From: an uncultured Bacteroidales bacterium
GTDB taxonomy: Bacteria > Bacteroidota > Bacteroidia > Bacteroidales > UBA3824
DNA length: 64,000 bases
Direction of reading: 5' to 3'
Assembly: GCA_937877455.1 (NCBI GenBank)
Contig: CALFIU010000177.1
Coordinates: 13,769-77,768, forward strand
Made by a program: the position numbers and the translations under genes. A model generated the notes under the pieces. That model ran no database searches. It saw only the letters and a list, made by a program, of their open reading frames with translations, and was not told the DNA's origin. Below are positions 19,459-28,566 of this stretch, piece after piece (the stretch's first letter is position 1; each line of letters opens with the position of its first letter).

Positions 19459-19646
19459 CACGTCAATTTCATCTGAATTGGCGGACTCGCAGGTTCGCCA
19501 ATTTGTTGGCTTGGAGATTATAAGGGAGAGCATAAGGAGTGCGGCTTAGTCGTACTCCTTATGCTCTCCCTTATCTATTATATTGAATGTAATTAAATTG
19601 CGTAGGGGCGGACTTGCGTGTCCGCCCGTCAAATTAAATTAGCATG
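19459..19646. repeat. palindromic MITE/REP-like element, family 2, copy 1
   Basis: The termini are CACGTCAATTTCATCTGAA and its diverged inverse. Two GC-rich hairpins (TTGGCGGAC/GTTCGCCAA and GGGCGGAC/GTCCGCCC) flank a perfect 21-bp central hairpin. Confidence 0.75.
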
Positions 19647-19764
19647 AATAAATAAAAAAAACACGAAATTTTAATAATTTTTTCAAAAAAAAATTTTAAC
19701 ATCCCAACAAAAAGTTATAAATTTCGCAAAAAATTTTAAAGATAAACCGCGCAAAAAAAGCAAA

Positions 19765-20895
19765 ATGCAGGACACAATAGAAGTTCTGAACAACGATTTG
19801 GCTTATAGTCTCTTTAAGAATATGCAGAGCGACAATCTGGAATATACTTATAGAGGTGATTTTAATTCTGCCATTGCCGAAAACATTCTTTCATTGGTTG
19901 AAACCAACTTTGGCGATGTCAATGAAAAGACTATGGTTCGCAAAAGAGTTTATTTTATAATGGTTGAATGTCTGCAAAACATTACACGACATCAAGAAGA
20001 TAAACCCAAAAATGCAATTTTGCCCAGCGAGTTTGGTTTGTTTGTAGTGAGAAGAAAAAATTATGCTTATTATATAACAACTGGAAATCTTATAAAAAAC
20101 GAATCTATTGAAAACATTTCTACACGTATAGAAACAATAAATTCGATGGATGGTGAAACTTTAAAAAACTATTCGCGCGAAATACTAAAAGAAGGTAATT
20201 ATTCAAACAAAGGCGGTGCTGGATTGGGATTAATTGAAATGGCGCGCAAATCTGGTAGAAAATTAAAATATAATTTTCATAATCTTGGCGATGGTTACTC
20301 ATATTTTTATCTTCACATGTGTGTACCTTTTGACAAAGAATTTACACCAGAAAGCGAGGCTGAATATAAACAATATTCCGAAAGTGTTACATTAAAACTT
20401 CATAAAACCCTGATATTAAACAATATAGTTTTAAATTTCAGTGGTATTCTCAATCAAGACAACCTTATAAATTTGCTTAATATACTTAGCCGACAAATCA
20501 CAACATCAAAAATGCTAAAAACTAAGGTTTATGGTGTAATGATTGAGTTGTTGCAAAATGTACTTTCGCATGCCGATCAATATACTATTGGTAATTGCAA
20601 AGGTACATACGGATTATTTTACATAACAGATAAAGATAGCGAACTTATTTTGACATCTGGAAATTTTGTAAAAAATAGTAAGGTGAATCAAATGAAACAA
20701 TTGCTCGAAAAAATTAACAGCACAAACAAAGAGGAGCGAGTTTCGCTTATGCACACTTCAAATCCCGAAGGAATAGGTTTTATGGCAATTAGGAACAAAT
20801 CTAAAAACAAATATACTTACCATTTTACCAAAATAGATGAAGATTTTTCTTTTTTTTCTATTAATATCAAGTTAAATAAAATTGATAACATATAA
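19765..20895 (+). CDS. tandem SiaB-like (DUF6272-like) GHKL/anti-sigma-kinase-fold protein
   Basis: Two homologous halves. Half 1 has MVECLQNITRH and GGAGLGLIEMARKSG. Half 2 has MIELLQNVLSH and a weakened G-box, EGIGFMAIRNKS. Confidence 0.6.
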   Translation: MQDTIEVLNNDLAYSLFKNMQSDNLEYTYRGDFNSAIAENILSLVETNFGDVNEKTMVRKRVYFIMVECLQNITRHQEDKPKNAILPSEFGLFVVRRKNYAYYITTGNLIKNESIENISTRIETINSMDGETLKNYSREILKEGNYSNKGGAGLGLIEMARKSGRKLKYNFHNLGDGYSYFYLHMCVPFDKEFTPESEAEYKQYSESVTLKLHKTLILNNIVLNFSGILNQDNLINLLNILSRQITTSKMLKTKVYGVMIELLQNVLSHADQYTIGNCKGTYGLFYITDKDSELILTSGNFVKNSKVNQMKQLLEKINSTNKEERVSLMHTSNPEGIGFMAIRNKSKNKYTYHFTKIDEDFSFFSINIKLNKIDNI

Positions 20896-21098
20896 ATATT
20901 TTAGGTTTGATTTTTTTTTTCGGCTTAAAATAGTTTGTTGTTGTAAAAAATAAAAAAAAATTAAATACTAACTATTTGAAAATTAATTTATAATAAAAAA
21001 ATAAAAAAAAAGTTCAAAAAAAATTTGGAAGTTTCAAAAATACTCCGTTACTTTGCACTCGAAATAAGGAAACAAACAAATACTTATTCAAAAGATAC

Positions 21099-21172
21099 GG
21101 CCCCGTAGCTCAACTGAATAGAGTATTTGACTACGGATCAAAAGGTTGTGGGTTTGAATCCCGCCGGGGTCA
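21099..21172 (+). tRNA. tRNA-Arg (anticodon ACG)
   Basis: Hand-folded cloverleaf. The acceptor pairs GGCCCCG with CGGGGTC, and the anticodon stem pairs TTTGA with TCAAA around loop CTACGGA. Confidence 0.9.
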
Positions 21173-21174
21173 CG

Positions 21175-21209
21175 AAAGCGAAATCAAAAGATTTCGCTTT
21201 TTTATTTTT
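21175..21209 (+). terminator. rho-independent terminator after tRNA-Arg
   Basis: 11-bp stem AAAGCGAAATC/GATTTCGCTTT followed by a T-run. Confidence 0.8.
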
Positions 21210-21320
21210 ATAAGATTATTTCATTTACACTCAAATTAAACCAAGAAAAGAAATTTTCTAATTGATAAGTTACATTAATCTAATGTATTAAAAACTGCAA
21301 CGAATTAAAATATATTAACA

Positions 21321-21446
21321 GAGTGGTCTAAAAATTGCTTTTTCTGCGTTGTATTTCAATCTCAAAATGCTCATTTACAATCAGTAAACTGCGCTTTTTC
21401 GATTTCATACGTCTTGAAAAATCTAATTTTTAGAACTCCCCTTAAG
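21321..21446 (-). repeat. MITE-like element, family 1, copy B (core 21326-21436), inverted relative to copy A
   Basis: Its reverse complement aligns end to end with 13045-13169, including the CTTAAGGG(A/G)A flank. Confidence 0.8.
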
Positions 21447-21508
21447 AAAATTCGCAAAATTAAGTTGTTAATTTTTAATTTATTGAAGTGTTTATTTGTG
21501 AGATTTAT

Positions 21509-21582
21509 CGCAGCAATTTCATTTGAATGGGCGAGCCTATGTTTCTGCCCGCATTGATGTTGATTCAAATGAGATTGACGTG
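21509..21582. repeat. family 2 element, short (~74 bp) copy
   Basis: CAATTTCATTTGAAT and ATTCAAATGAGATTG inverted termini enclose one GGGCGAGCCTATGTTTCTGCCC module. The right half aligns with 50214-50268. Confidence 0.65.
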
Positions 21583-21675
21583 GTATTTTATTGATTTGTT
21601 CTTCGTAGAAAAATGAAATCGGCATTATGCATTATAAAAAAGATTTAAAAATTGTTTTTTTTTCAATTCTTTTGC

Positions 21676-21683
21676 TACCTTTG
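21676..21683 (+). promoter_or_regulatory. -7 promoter box TACCTTTG
   Basis: TAnnTTTG match 22 nt upstream of the ATG at 21705. Confidence 0.55.
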
Positions 21684-21704
21684 TAAACAAAAATATTCGG
21701 TATA

Positions 21705-22661
21705 ATGGAACGCAATTCAATTATTAGAATAGGAATTATGGTTGTAATTTCAATTATAATCTTGGTATGGGGTTTGAGTTTTTTAAAAGGAGACAATCTT
21801 TTTAAAACAGAAAATGAATATTATGCAATTTATGATAAGATAGATGGTTTAATGGAATCAAACGAGGTGCAATTTAGTGGCTACAAAATTGGTTCCGTAA
21901 GCGAAGTAAATCATTTTTCCGACAGTACAATTCATTTTGGTGTTAAAATACGCATTAACAACGATTTTAAAATCCCAGTTGGTTCGGTAGCAAAAATTAC
22001 AAGCCTTGACATTATGGGGTCAAAGGGTGTGGAAATTATTATGCCTGAACGAATTACTGGTTATTTAGAAAATGGTGATACTATACTTTCTAATTCTGAC
22101 GCTGGACTTATTGAGCAGGTAATGAGTATGGTGATGCCAATGAAAGACCAATTTATTTCTTTTTTACAGTCCACAGATTCAGTGATGTACTCTGTTAATC
22201 AGTTACTTAACGAACAAAATCGTACTAATCTTGGAAAAAGTTTATCAGATTTGCAAGTTTTAACCACTCATTTACGCAATAATGCCAATTCAATAGACAC
22301 AATGATGTCGAATATGCGTCAACTAAGTACGACACTTGGAAATAATAGTGCAAATATCGACCGTGCTATAAATAATTTTGCGACAATGAGCGATAGTTTA
22401 CGAGCAGCCGACATTGCAAAAACAATTCGTGAAGCTAGAACAGCCTTAGACAATGTCAACGTTATGTTGCGACAAGTAAACGATGGAGATGGCAGTGTGT
22501 CTAAAATTATGAAAAGCGATTCTCTTTATAATAATCTTGAACGCGCAAGTACAACACTCGACAGAGTTTTGGCTGATTTTGAAAAACATCCCAAAAAATA
22601 TATCAATCTTGCTGTTTTTGGTGGTAAAGATAAATCTGAAAAAAAGAAAAATAGAGAGTAA
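21705..22661 (+). CDS. mlaD: MlaD/MCE-domain outer-membrane lipid asymmetry protein
   Basis: N-terminal TM anchor, an MCE domain (YKIGSVSEV...VAKITSLDIMGSKGVEI), and a long helical C-terminus. Confidence 0.75.
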   Translation: MERNSIIRIGIMVVISIIILVWGLSFLKGDNLFKTENEYYAIYDKIDGLMESNEVQFSGYKIGSVSEVNHFSDSTIHFGVKIRINNDFKIPVGSVAKITSLDIMGSKGVEIIMPERITGYLENGDTILSNSDAGLIEQVMSMVMPMKDQFISFLQSTDSVMYSVNQLLNEQNRTNLGKSLSDLQVLTTHLRNNANSIDTMMSNMRQLSTTLGNNSANIDRAINNFATMSDSLRAADIAKTIREARTALDNVNVMLRQVNDGDGSVSKIMKSDSLYNNLERASTTLDRVLADFEKHPKKYINLAVFGGKDKSEKKKNRE

Positions 22662-22673
22662 TTGTCTATAAAA

Positions 22674-23156
22674 ATGGTTTTGGAAGAAGAAATTATTTTG
22701 CTTTTGAAACAACAGCACAAATCATTTTGCACGGCAGAAAGTTGCACTGGTGGGGAAATTGCGGCACGTTTTACCAAAATCGCAGGATGTAGTGCAGTTT
22801 TTAAAGGTGGAGCTGTAACTTATTGCAACGAAGCAAAACATAATGTTTTGGGCGTTGCGACACATACTCTTGAAAAATATACAGAATTGAGCCTTCAAAC
22901 TGTTAAGGAAATGGCAGAAGGAGCATTAAAACTTTACAACACCGATTTTGCAGCATCGGTTTCTGGGGTTGCTGGACCTGATGGAGGTACAATTGAAAAT
23001 CCAGTTGGAACAGTTTATGTTGGTTTTGCTCAAAAAAATAAATCAACAATTACAAAAAAATATAATTTTAATTCAATCAATAGGTTAGAAAATATAAATT
23101 CAACTGTTAATACTGTTTTTGAAATTTTGAAAAGTAAACTCTTGGAGACATGTTAA
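22674..23156 (+). CDS. CinA-family protein (PncC-type nicotinamide-nucleotide amidohydrolase domain)
   Basis: CTAESCTGGEIAARFT and VSGVAGPDGG motifs. I prefer the ATG at 22674 over the TTG at 22662. Confidence 0.85.
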   Translation: MVLEEEIILLLKQQHKSFCTAESCTGGEIAARFTKIAGCSAVFKGGAVTYCNEAKHNVLGVATHTLEKYTELSLQTVKEMAEGALKLYNTDFAASVSGVAGPDGGTIENPVGTVYVGFAQKNKSTITKKYNFNSINRLENINSTVNTVFEILKSKLLETC

Positions 23157-23170
23157 ACCAATCCTCTGCC

Positions 23171-24343
23171 CTATTCTACATATAGTCCAGCTTTGAAATA
23201 TTTTGATTTTTTGTCGGATAGTTGTAAAAAACCACTTAAAATTTTTCCATCTGTAGAAATATCTGCTGTTATTGGTATATATTTTTGAAAATCAGATTGT
23301 TGAATTATTAAAAAAGATGCAGGATTTTCTAAAAGAGAGAATTTTTCAAGCATCATTGCCAACAATCCCATGCTGTGACGACAATTTATTTCTACAAATG
23401 GATTTATTTTTATATTTCCTGATTCATAATAAGTTATTCCGTCAATTCCCAAAAAACCAGAATAATTTTTGCAAAAATTAGATTCACATAGCACTTTTTT
23501 TATGTTTTCAACAAGGTTTAATGTAAATTCAACAGAAAAATCCGGAATATTATTAAATTTTTTAGCAACACTTCCGATATAAAAACCATTGTTAGAGGTT
23601 TTAAAAATTGAAACACCAATAAATTTTGGAATAGAGTTTTCAATTTTAAAATGCAACGAAAAATCATCTTTTTTGTCGAAAAGAGTTTCACACATTACAA
23701 ATCCTTGCGTTCTAAAAATGTATTTAAGCCAATTTTTAAAATTATCGTCTATTTCGCGCTTTCTAAACATTTGTATGCCCCTACCGCTGCTACTCATTGG
23801 TGCTTTGAATACAACTCCGTTGCCTGTATCAAACTTAATGTTGAATAATTCTAACGCCGATCTTGTATCAAAAAGTTTTTGTGGTAATTGGTCTAAAGTT
23901 GGAAAAAAACTATTGCCATATTGTGAGATAAATTTTTTTAAAACTTCTGAGGATAAATCTCGCGAAAAAAGTTTTTTATGTTTTTCTTCGCTGTAATTTC
24001 CAATTGGCGATTGTAAAAAATCGTTGGAAAAATTTTTTTTAATTTTATTTATAAAATTAAATGCACGTGGCGAAATGCCCCATGGCAAAAATTTGTCAAA
24101 TTGTTTATCTGCTATTTTGTCAATATTGTTTTTTAAAATAAATTTAGTATTATAAAAATTTTTCAAAAAATTATCAATTTCAGGCAAATTGTCAACAAGC
24201 AAATAGTCATTGGTGTTGGAAAAATACATTGGCAATACGCCAAGGTCGCTTTCAAGCAACAACGGAAATTTTGGTGGATTGTAATAACAGCAACCGTTAG
24301 CCACCTCCATTTCACAACTTGGATTAAACAATCTGAGATTCAT
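23171..24343 (-). CDS. hypothetical protein, possible ATP-grasp fold
   Basis: Conserved-looking ORF. KAPMSSSGRGIQMF and EINCRHSMG resemble ATP-grasp phosphate-loop and Mg-binding motifs. The ATG at 24343 avoids overlap with the lptD-like stop. Confidence 0.45.
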   Translation of the reverse strand: MNLRLFNPSCEMEVANGCCYYNPPKFPLLLESDLGVLPMYFSNTNDYLLVDNLPEIDNFLKNFYNTKFILKNNIDKIADKQFDKFLPWGISPRAFNFINKIKKNFSNDFLQSPIGNYSEEKHKKLFSRDLSSEVLKKFISQYGNSFFPTLDQLPQKLFDTRSALELFNIKFDTGNGVVFKAPMSSSGRGIQMFRKREIDDNFKNWLKYIFRTQGFVMCETLFDKKDDFSLHFKIENSIPKFIGVSIFKTSNNGFYIGSVAKKFNNIPDFSVEFTLNLVENIKKVLCESNFCKNYSGFLGIDGITYYESGNIKINPFVEINCRHSMGLLAMMLEKFSLLENPASFLIIQQSDFQKYIPITADISTDGKILSGFLQLSDKKSKYFKAGLYVE

Positions 24344-24354
24344 TTTTAGGCTGT

Positions 24355-27087
24355 TTAGTTGTCGCGCCAAGATTGCGAACGTTTGTATTGTACGCCTTGG
24401 AACATCGACGAATTGATTGCCAACGTAAAATTGTAACTACGTAACCTTCCAAATGGTATTATGTAAAAACTTAGGTTAAAACAATGTAAATCGCGCGTTA
24501 CAGAGATACGTGTTGATGTCATTTTTTTTGCGTCGAAATCATATCCAGAACTTAGGCTCATGTGCCATTTGTCGGTAAATGTTAACGAACCTGTTAAATT
24601 AAGCGTTTGAGTTATTACTGGTGCTTTGTTGTTGGTGTGCGAATAGTTGAAACCATAATCGGCACTCAAATTCCATGGTACGCTATAGTAGCCATATTCA
24701 GAATTTTCGCGTTCTTTTTTTAACTTTTCGGCTTCTTCTTTACGTCTTTTTTCAACTTCTTCTGCTGTTGCAATTATATTACCTTCGTCGTCAACTTCGG
24801 CCTCAGCTGGTTGATCTGCTGTCTTGTCTTTGTTTTTTCCAAAGGTTTTGCTATCAATAGAAAAACCTGTTGAAATTCTTGCATTTGTAAGCCTTGCCCA
24901 TTGACGACCACCAGTTTCTTGCATTAGATATTTTTTGGTTCTTCGTCCTGCACTATCGAGTTGGTAGGGGTCGAATGTACCCGAAAATGTGAGGTTCATT
25001 TTGTCAAAAAGCCTTGTGCCACCGCTCATTGATATGTTGCTAAGTCGCATACTATCAGCAGCAAGATTGTAACTTCCCGAAAAATTAAGGCTTTCGAGAA
25101 GTTTTATTTTTTTGTAATCTTCGGTTGTGTCTTTACGATTAACAACCTTCATTTCAAAATTGTTGCCAAGTGAGAAATTGATGTTAGCCGATTTTCCACT
25201 GCCTGGATAGCCATACACACCATTGAGATAATAGCAATATTTTGATGTTCCTGTTGTGTCGTTTGGATTGATGTCATAAAATCCCCACGATTGCTCACTA
25301 AAATCTGGTCGCCACGACATTCCAACACTTGGTGTTAGTACATGTCTAAATGCTTTTATACGTTTAGATTTGTTGAAGTTGTACATTCCATAAAGTTTTG
25401 TACTTGCCGAAATAGAGGCTGAGAAATCGTAATTATGGCGTATGGCATCAATTGTATCTTGTGAATAATTTATTTTATCGGTTGTTTCGCCATCAAGATC
25501 ATAACTATTTGACATATAACGCTGAATATAATTTGGATAAACTCTACCTGTGTAATTGATTGATGGAGAAACGTTTATGTATTTAAGCACGTTAAAAGAT
25601 GTGCTAATTGGCACTGTATATTTAAAACCATAGCGCATTTTGTCGAACATTTCTTGTTTAAATAGTAACGAATCAGGAAGTTTGTCAACGCTATTGGTGA
25701 AGTTTGCGTTAATAGAAGTACCAATTTTTTCGTACCATCTTTGTTTGCCCACCTGAACACGTCTTTTAAACGGAAAGAATTTTTGCATTGATAGAGCAAC
25801 CGTTGGAAAACTGAATGCCAATGTGCTGTCCGAAAGATTTTGGGTCATGTTGGCATTTGTTGACATATTAACAAACCCACCGAAAAATGATTTTTGATAC
25901 GACACGCTTGAAGAAGTTGTGCTTCGTACATAGTCTTCTACGCTTGTGGCATTGTAACGGTCATAATTTTGTTTGTCATAACTTATGTTGGCGTTAAAAG
26001 AACTTGTTGGATTGGCTTTTGCATCTTGATTAAAATTAAATTTAAGCAAGTAGGAGTTTGTTGAATTATAACGTATATCGCTATTGGTTGAAGTTATAAA
26101 TTCTTTTTCTCCATAAACATTTTTTGTGTATGCAAAATTTAAATTTCCAGCAAATTTATAACGCACTTTGAATTTAGAACTTACGTTTGCCCCCCAACTT
26201 CCATAGCTATATATGCTGCCCAAAACTTCCAAATCGGCGTAATCGCTTAACGCAAAATAATATCCACCATCACTGAGGTAAAAACCGCGACGACTTTCTT
26301 CTCCATAACTTGGTATAATAATGCCTGATTGTTTCTTTTTTGTGCTTGGGAAAATTCCGAATGGCAAACCAAGAATATAAACTGGAACATCAAGCAACAC
26401 AAAATATGCTGGTCCAGAGATAATTTTGTCGTTTGGAATTACTTTAGCACGTGTTAGTTGTAGGTAGAAATGGGGATGGTCGTCATCGCAAGTGGTGTAA
26501 CGACCGTTTTTTAGGTGAATTTCTTTGTTGGGATGCATTTTGGTGATTTCGCCACGCAAATATCCACCCGATTGTTCTGTTACTACATCGTTGACATAGC
26601 CTTTTTTGGTTTTAAAATTATACTTCATAACCCTTGAAGTAAACTCATCTTTGTTGTCTTTAAAAACAGGCATACCCGTAATTTCATGAGTAACAGAATC
26701 TTCTGTACCTTCTGCATAGATAGAATTTTGGTCAAGTTCTATGCGCATAAAGTCTGATGTAAGATCCATGCCAAGGCTTTTTACTTCGGCAGTTCCATAC
26801 ATATAAACTTTTTTGTCGGTTAGAGAAATTAATAAAGAATCTTTGCAAGTATAATTTATTGGATCGTCAACCACCGATTTTGGCTTACGTTTCATTTCCA
26901 AACTATCAACAGTAACAGTAGCCGAATCTGTGAGAATGCTGTCTTGAGGGTTTCGCAAAGAGTCGGACAATGCCGAGCGACGAAGTCGATTGCGACGATT
27001 ATTTTTGTCATCGCTGTTGGGTTGTTCTTGGGCAAAAACCATGTTTGCCGTCAACATCAAAAATATTATAAATAATAGTTTTTTCAC
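24355..27087 (-). CDS. lptD: LptD/OstA-family LPS-assembly outer-membrane protein
   Basis: 910 aa with a signal peptide, an OstA-like N-domain and a large beta-barrel rich in aromatic-x-aromatic strands. GTG start. The size is typical of Bacteroidota LptD. Confidence 0.7.
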   Translation of the reverse strand: MKKLLFIIFLMLTANMVFAQEQPNSDDKNNRRNRLRRSALSDSLRNPQDSILTDSATVTVDSLEMKRKPKSVVDDPINYTCKDSLLISLTDKKVYMYGTAEVKSLGMDLTSDFMRIELDQNSIYAEGTEDSVTHEITGMPVFKDNKDEFTSRVMKYNFKTKKGYVNDVVTEQSGGYLRGEITKMHPNKEIHLKNGRYTTCDDDHPHFYLQLTRAKVIPNDKIISGPAYFVLLDVPVYILGLPFGIFPSTKKKQSGIIIPSYGEESRRGFYLSDGGYYFALSDYADLEVLGSIYSYGSWGANVSSKFKVRYKFAGNLNFAYTKNVYGEKEFITSTNSDIRYNSTNSYLLKFNFNQDAKANPTSSFNANISYDKQNYDRYNATSVEDYVRSTTSSSVSYQKSFFGGFVNMSTNANMTQNLSDSTLAFSFPTVALSMQKFFPFKRRVQVGKQRWYEKIGTSINANFTNSVDKLPDSLLFKQEMFDKMRYGFKYTVPISTSFNVLKYINVSPSINYTGRVYPNYIQRYMSNSYDLDGETTDKINYSQDTIDAIRHNYDFSASISASTKLYGMYNFNKSKRIKAFRHVLTPSVGMSWRPDFSEQSWGFYDINPNDTTGTSKYCYYLNGVYGYPGSGKSANINFSLGNNFEMKVVNRKDTTEDYKKIKLLESLNFSGSYNLAADSMRLSNISMSGGTRLFDKMNLTFSGTFDPYQLDSAGRRTKKYLMQETGGRQWARLTNARISTGFSIDSKTFGKNKDKTADQPAEAEVDDEGNIIATAEEVEKRRKEEAEKLKKERENSEYGYYSVPWNLSADYGFNYSHTNNKAPVITQTLNLTGSLTFTDKWHMSLSSGYDFDAKKMTSTRISVTRDLHCFNLSFYIIPFGRLRSYNFTLAINSSMFQGVQYKRSQSWRDN

Positions 27088-27283
27088 TTTTTAAAATTTT
27101 TTGTTCGGTCCGTTGGGTGTCCAATGGTAAAAAACAAAATTCAAGTGCCAAAACTAAAGAAAATTTTGCAAATTTGCCCGAATTTTGTGTTAATACATTG
27201 AAAAACTAATTTGAATAATTTATTAACAAACTGACAATTAGTCGATTATATTTTTTTATAATAAAAAAAAATTAACTTAGGCG

Positions 27284-28528
27284 ATGAAAAACATCAATAA
27301 AAAGACAATTTTATGTCAATTTTTCTTAACTATTGCTATAGTTTTTGCAAGTGCGTGTAATATTTCAGCACAACAGAACCCCGATTCTGTGAAAATAGTA
27401 GTAATAGATGCAGGGCACGGTGGCAAAGATCCGGGTGCGCTTGGCAAAACTACTAAAGAAAAAAATTTGACTCTTGCCATCGCTCTCAAACTTGGCAACT
27501 ATATTAAAACAAATGTCAAAGGAGTTCAAGTAATTTATACACGTGATAAAGATGAATTTGTTGCACTTGACAAACGCGCTGACATTGCCAACAAAGCCAA
27601 TGCAGATCTTTTTATTTCTATACATATCAATTCGGTAAAAAGCAAAAATGTTAGAGGTGCGTCAACATACGTTACTGGATTGGCAAAAAGTAAAGAAAAC
27701 CTTGAACTTGCATTGCTTGAAAACTCTGCTGCTAAAAATGAGGAAAATTATGAGGATAAATATGGCGACTTAAATAAAATTAATAGTGAAGATTATATTG
27801 TTTCTAATCTTTTTCAAAATACACATTCTAAGCAAAGTGTTCTTTTTGCGGGAAAAATTCAAAACCAATTTGAAAAACGTGCAGGACGTAAAAATCTTGG
27901 TGTTAAACAAGCCAATTTTGCTGTTTTATGGCGTACAACTATGCCTTGCGTATTGATTGAATGTGGATTTATAAGTAATGTTGATGAAGAAAATTATATG
28001 AACACTGATGATGGACAAGCAATTTTAGCTTCGGCAATTTATCGTGCGTTTAAGGAATACAAAGTTGCTGTTGAATCTGGTAAAATTGATGAGCAATTGT
28101 TGGAAATTTACGAAAAATATGGCAGCATGAGCAATGTTTCGCAAAATAGTCAATCTTCTCAAAATAAGCCAACAACCAACACTCCAACCAAAACTGACAA
28201 TAAAAACACGCAAACTACTAATAATCAAGAAAATAAAACTATAGACAATAAAAAAACTGAAACTTCAAATTATTGTTTTAGGGTACAATTGAAGTCTTCG
28301 GTAGAGAAAATTCCTCTTAACAGCAAGGTTTTTAAAGGTATAGAGAATGTTGAAGAAATTAAAATAGATGGGGTTTATAAATACACTGTTGGTTGTGAAA
28401 CCGATATTAAAAAGATAACGACTTTGCAAACAAAAATACGCGAAAAAATTCCAGACGCTTTTGTAATTGCAGTTAAAGATGGCAAGCGTGTTGATTTTAA
28501 TCTCGCCAAAAAGGAATTGAGCAGATAA
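27284..28528 (+). CDS. N-acetylmuramoyl-L-alanine amidase (Amidase_3) with low-complexity linker and C-terminal SPOR-like domain
   Basis: VIDAGHGGKDPGA zinc-ligand motif, DLFISIHINS, a Q/N/T-rich linker, and a C-terminal FRVQL...YKYTVG segment. Confidence 0.85.
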   Translation: MKNINKKTILCQFFLTIAIVFASACNISAQQNPDSVKIVVIDAGHGGKDPGALGKTTKEKNLTLAIALKLGNYIKTNVKGVQVIYTRDKDEFVALDKRADIANKANADLFISIHINSVKSKNVRGASTYVTGLAKSKENLELALLENSAAKNEENYEDKYGDLNKINSEDYIVSNLFQNTHSKQSVLFAGKIQNQFEKRAGRKNLGVKQANFAVLWRTTMPCVLIECGFISNVDEENYMNTDDGQAILASAIYRAFKEYKVAVESGKIDEQLLEIYEKYGSMSNVSQNSQSSQNKPTTNTPTKTDNKNTQTTNNQENKTIDNKKTETSNYCFRVQLKSSVEKIPLNSKVFKGIENVEEIKIDGVYKYTVGCETDIKKITTLQTKIREKIPDAFVIAVKDGKRVDFNLAKKELSR

Positions 28529-28532
28529 AACA

Positions 28533-28566
28533 AAAGGGTGGTTATTACAACTACCCTTTATTTTTT
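28533..28566 (+). terminator. terminator after the amidase gene
   Basis: Stem AAAGGGTGG/CTACCCTTT followed by ATTTTTT. It overlaps the stop of the convergent small ORF. Confidence 0.6.

Noticed and set aside
19450-19655. AATAAATAA on both sides of family 2 copy 1 as a target-site duplication
   Set aside because: I kept it only as a caveat in the family 2 finding. The other two copies show no clear direct flanking repeats, and A/T-only 9-mers are common here.
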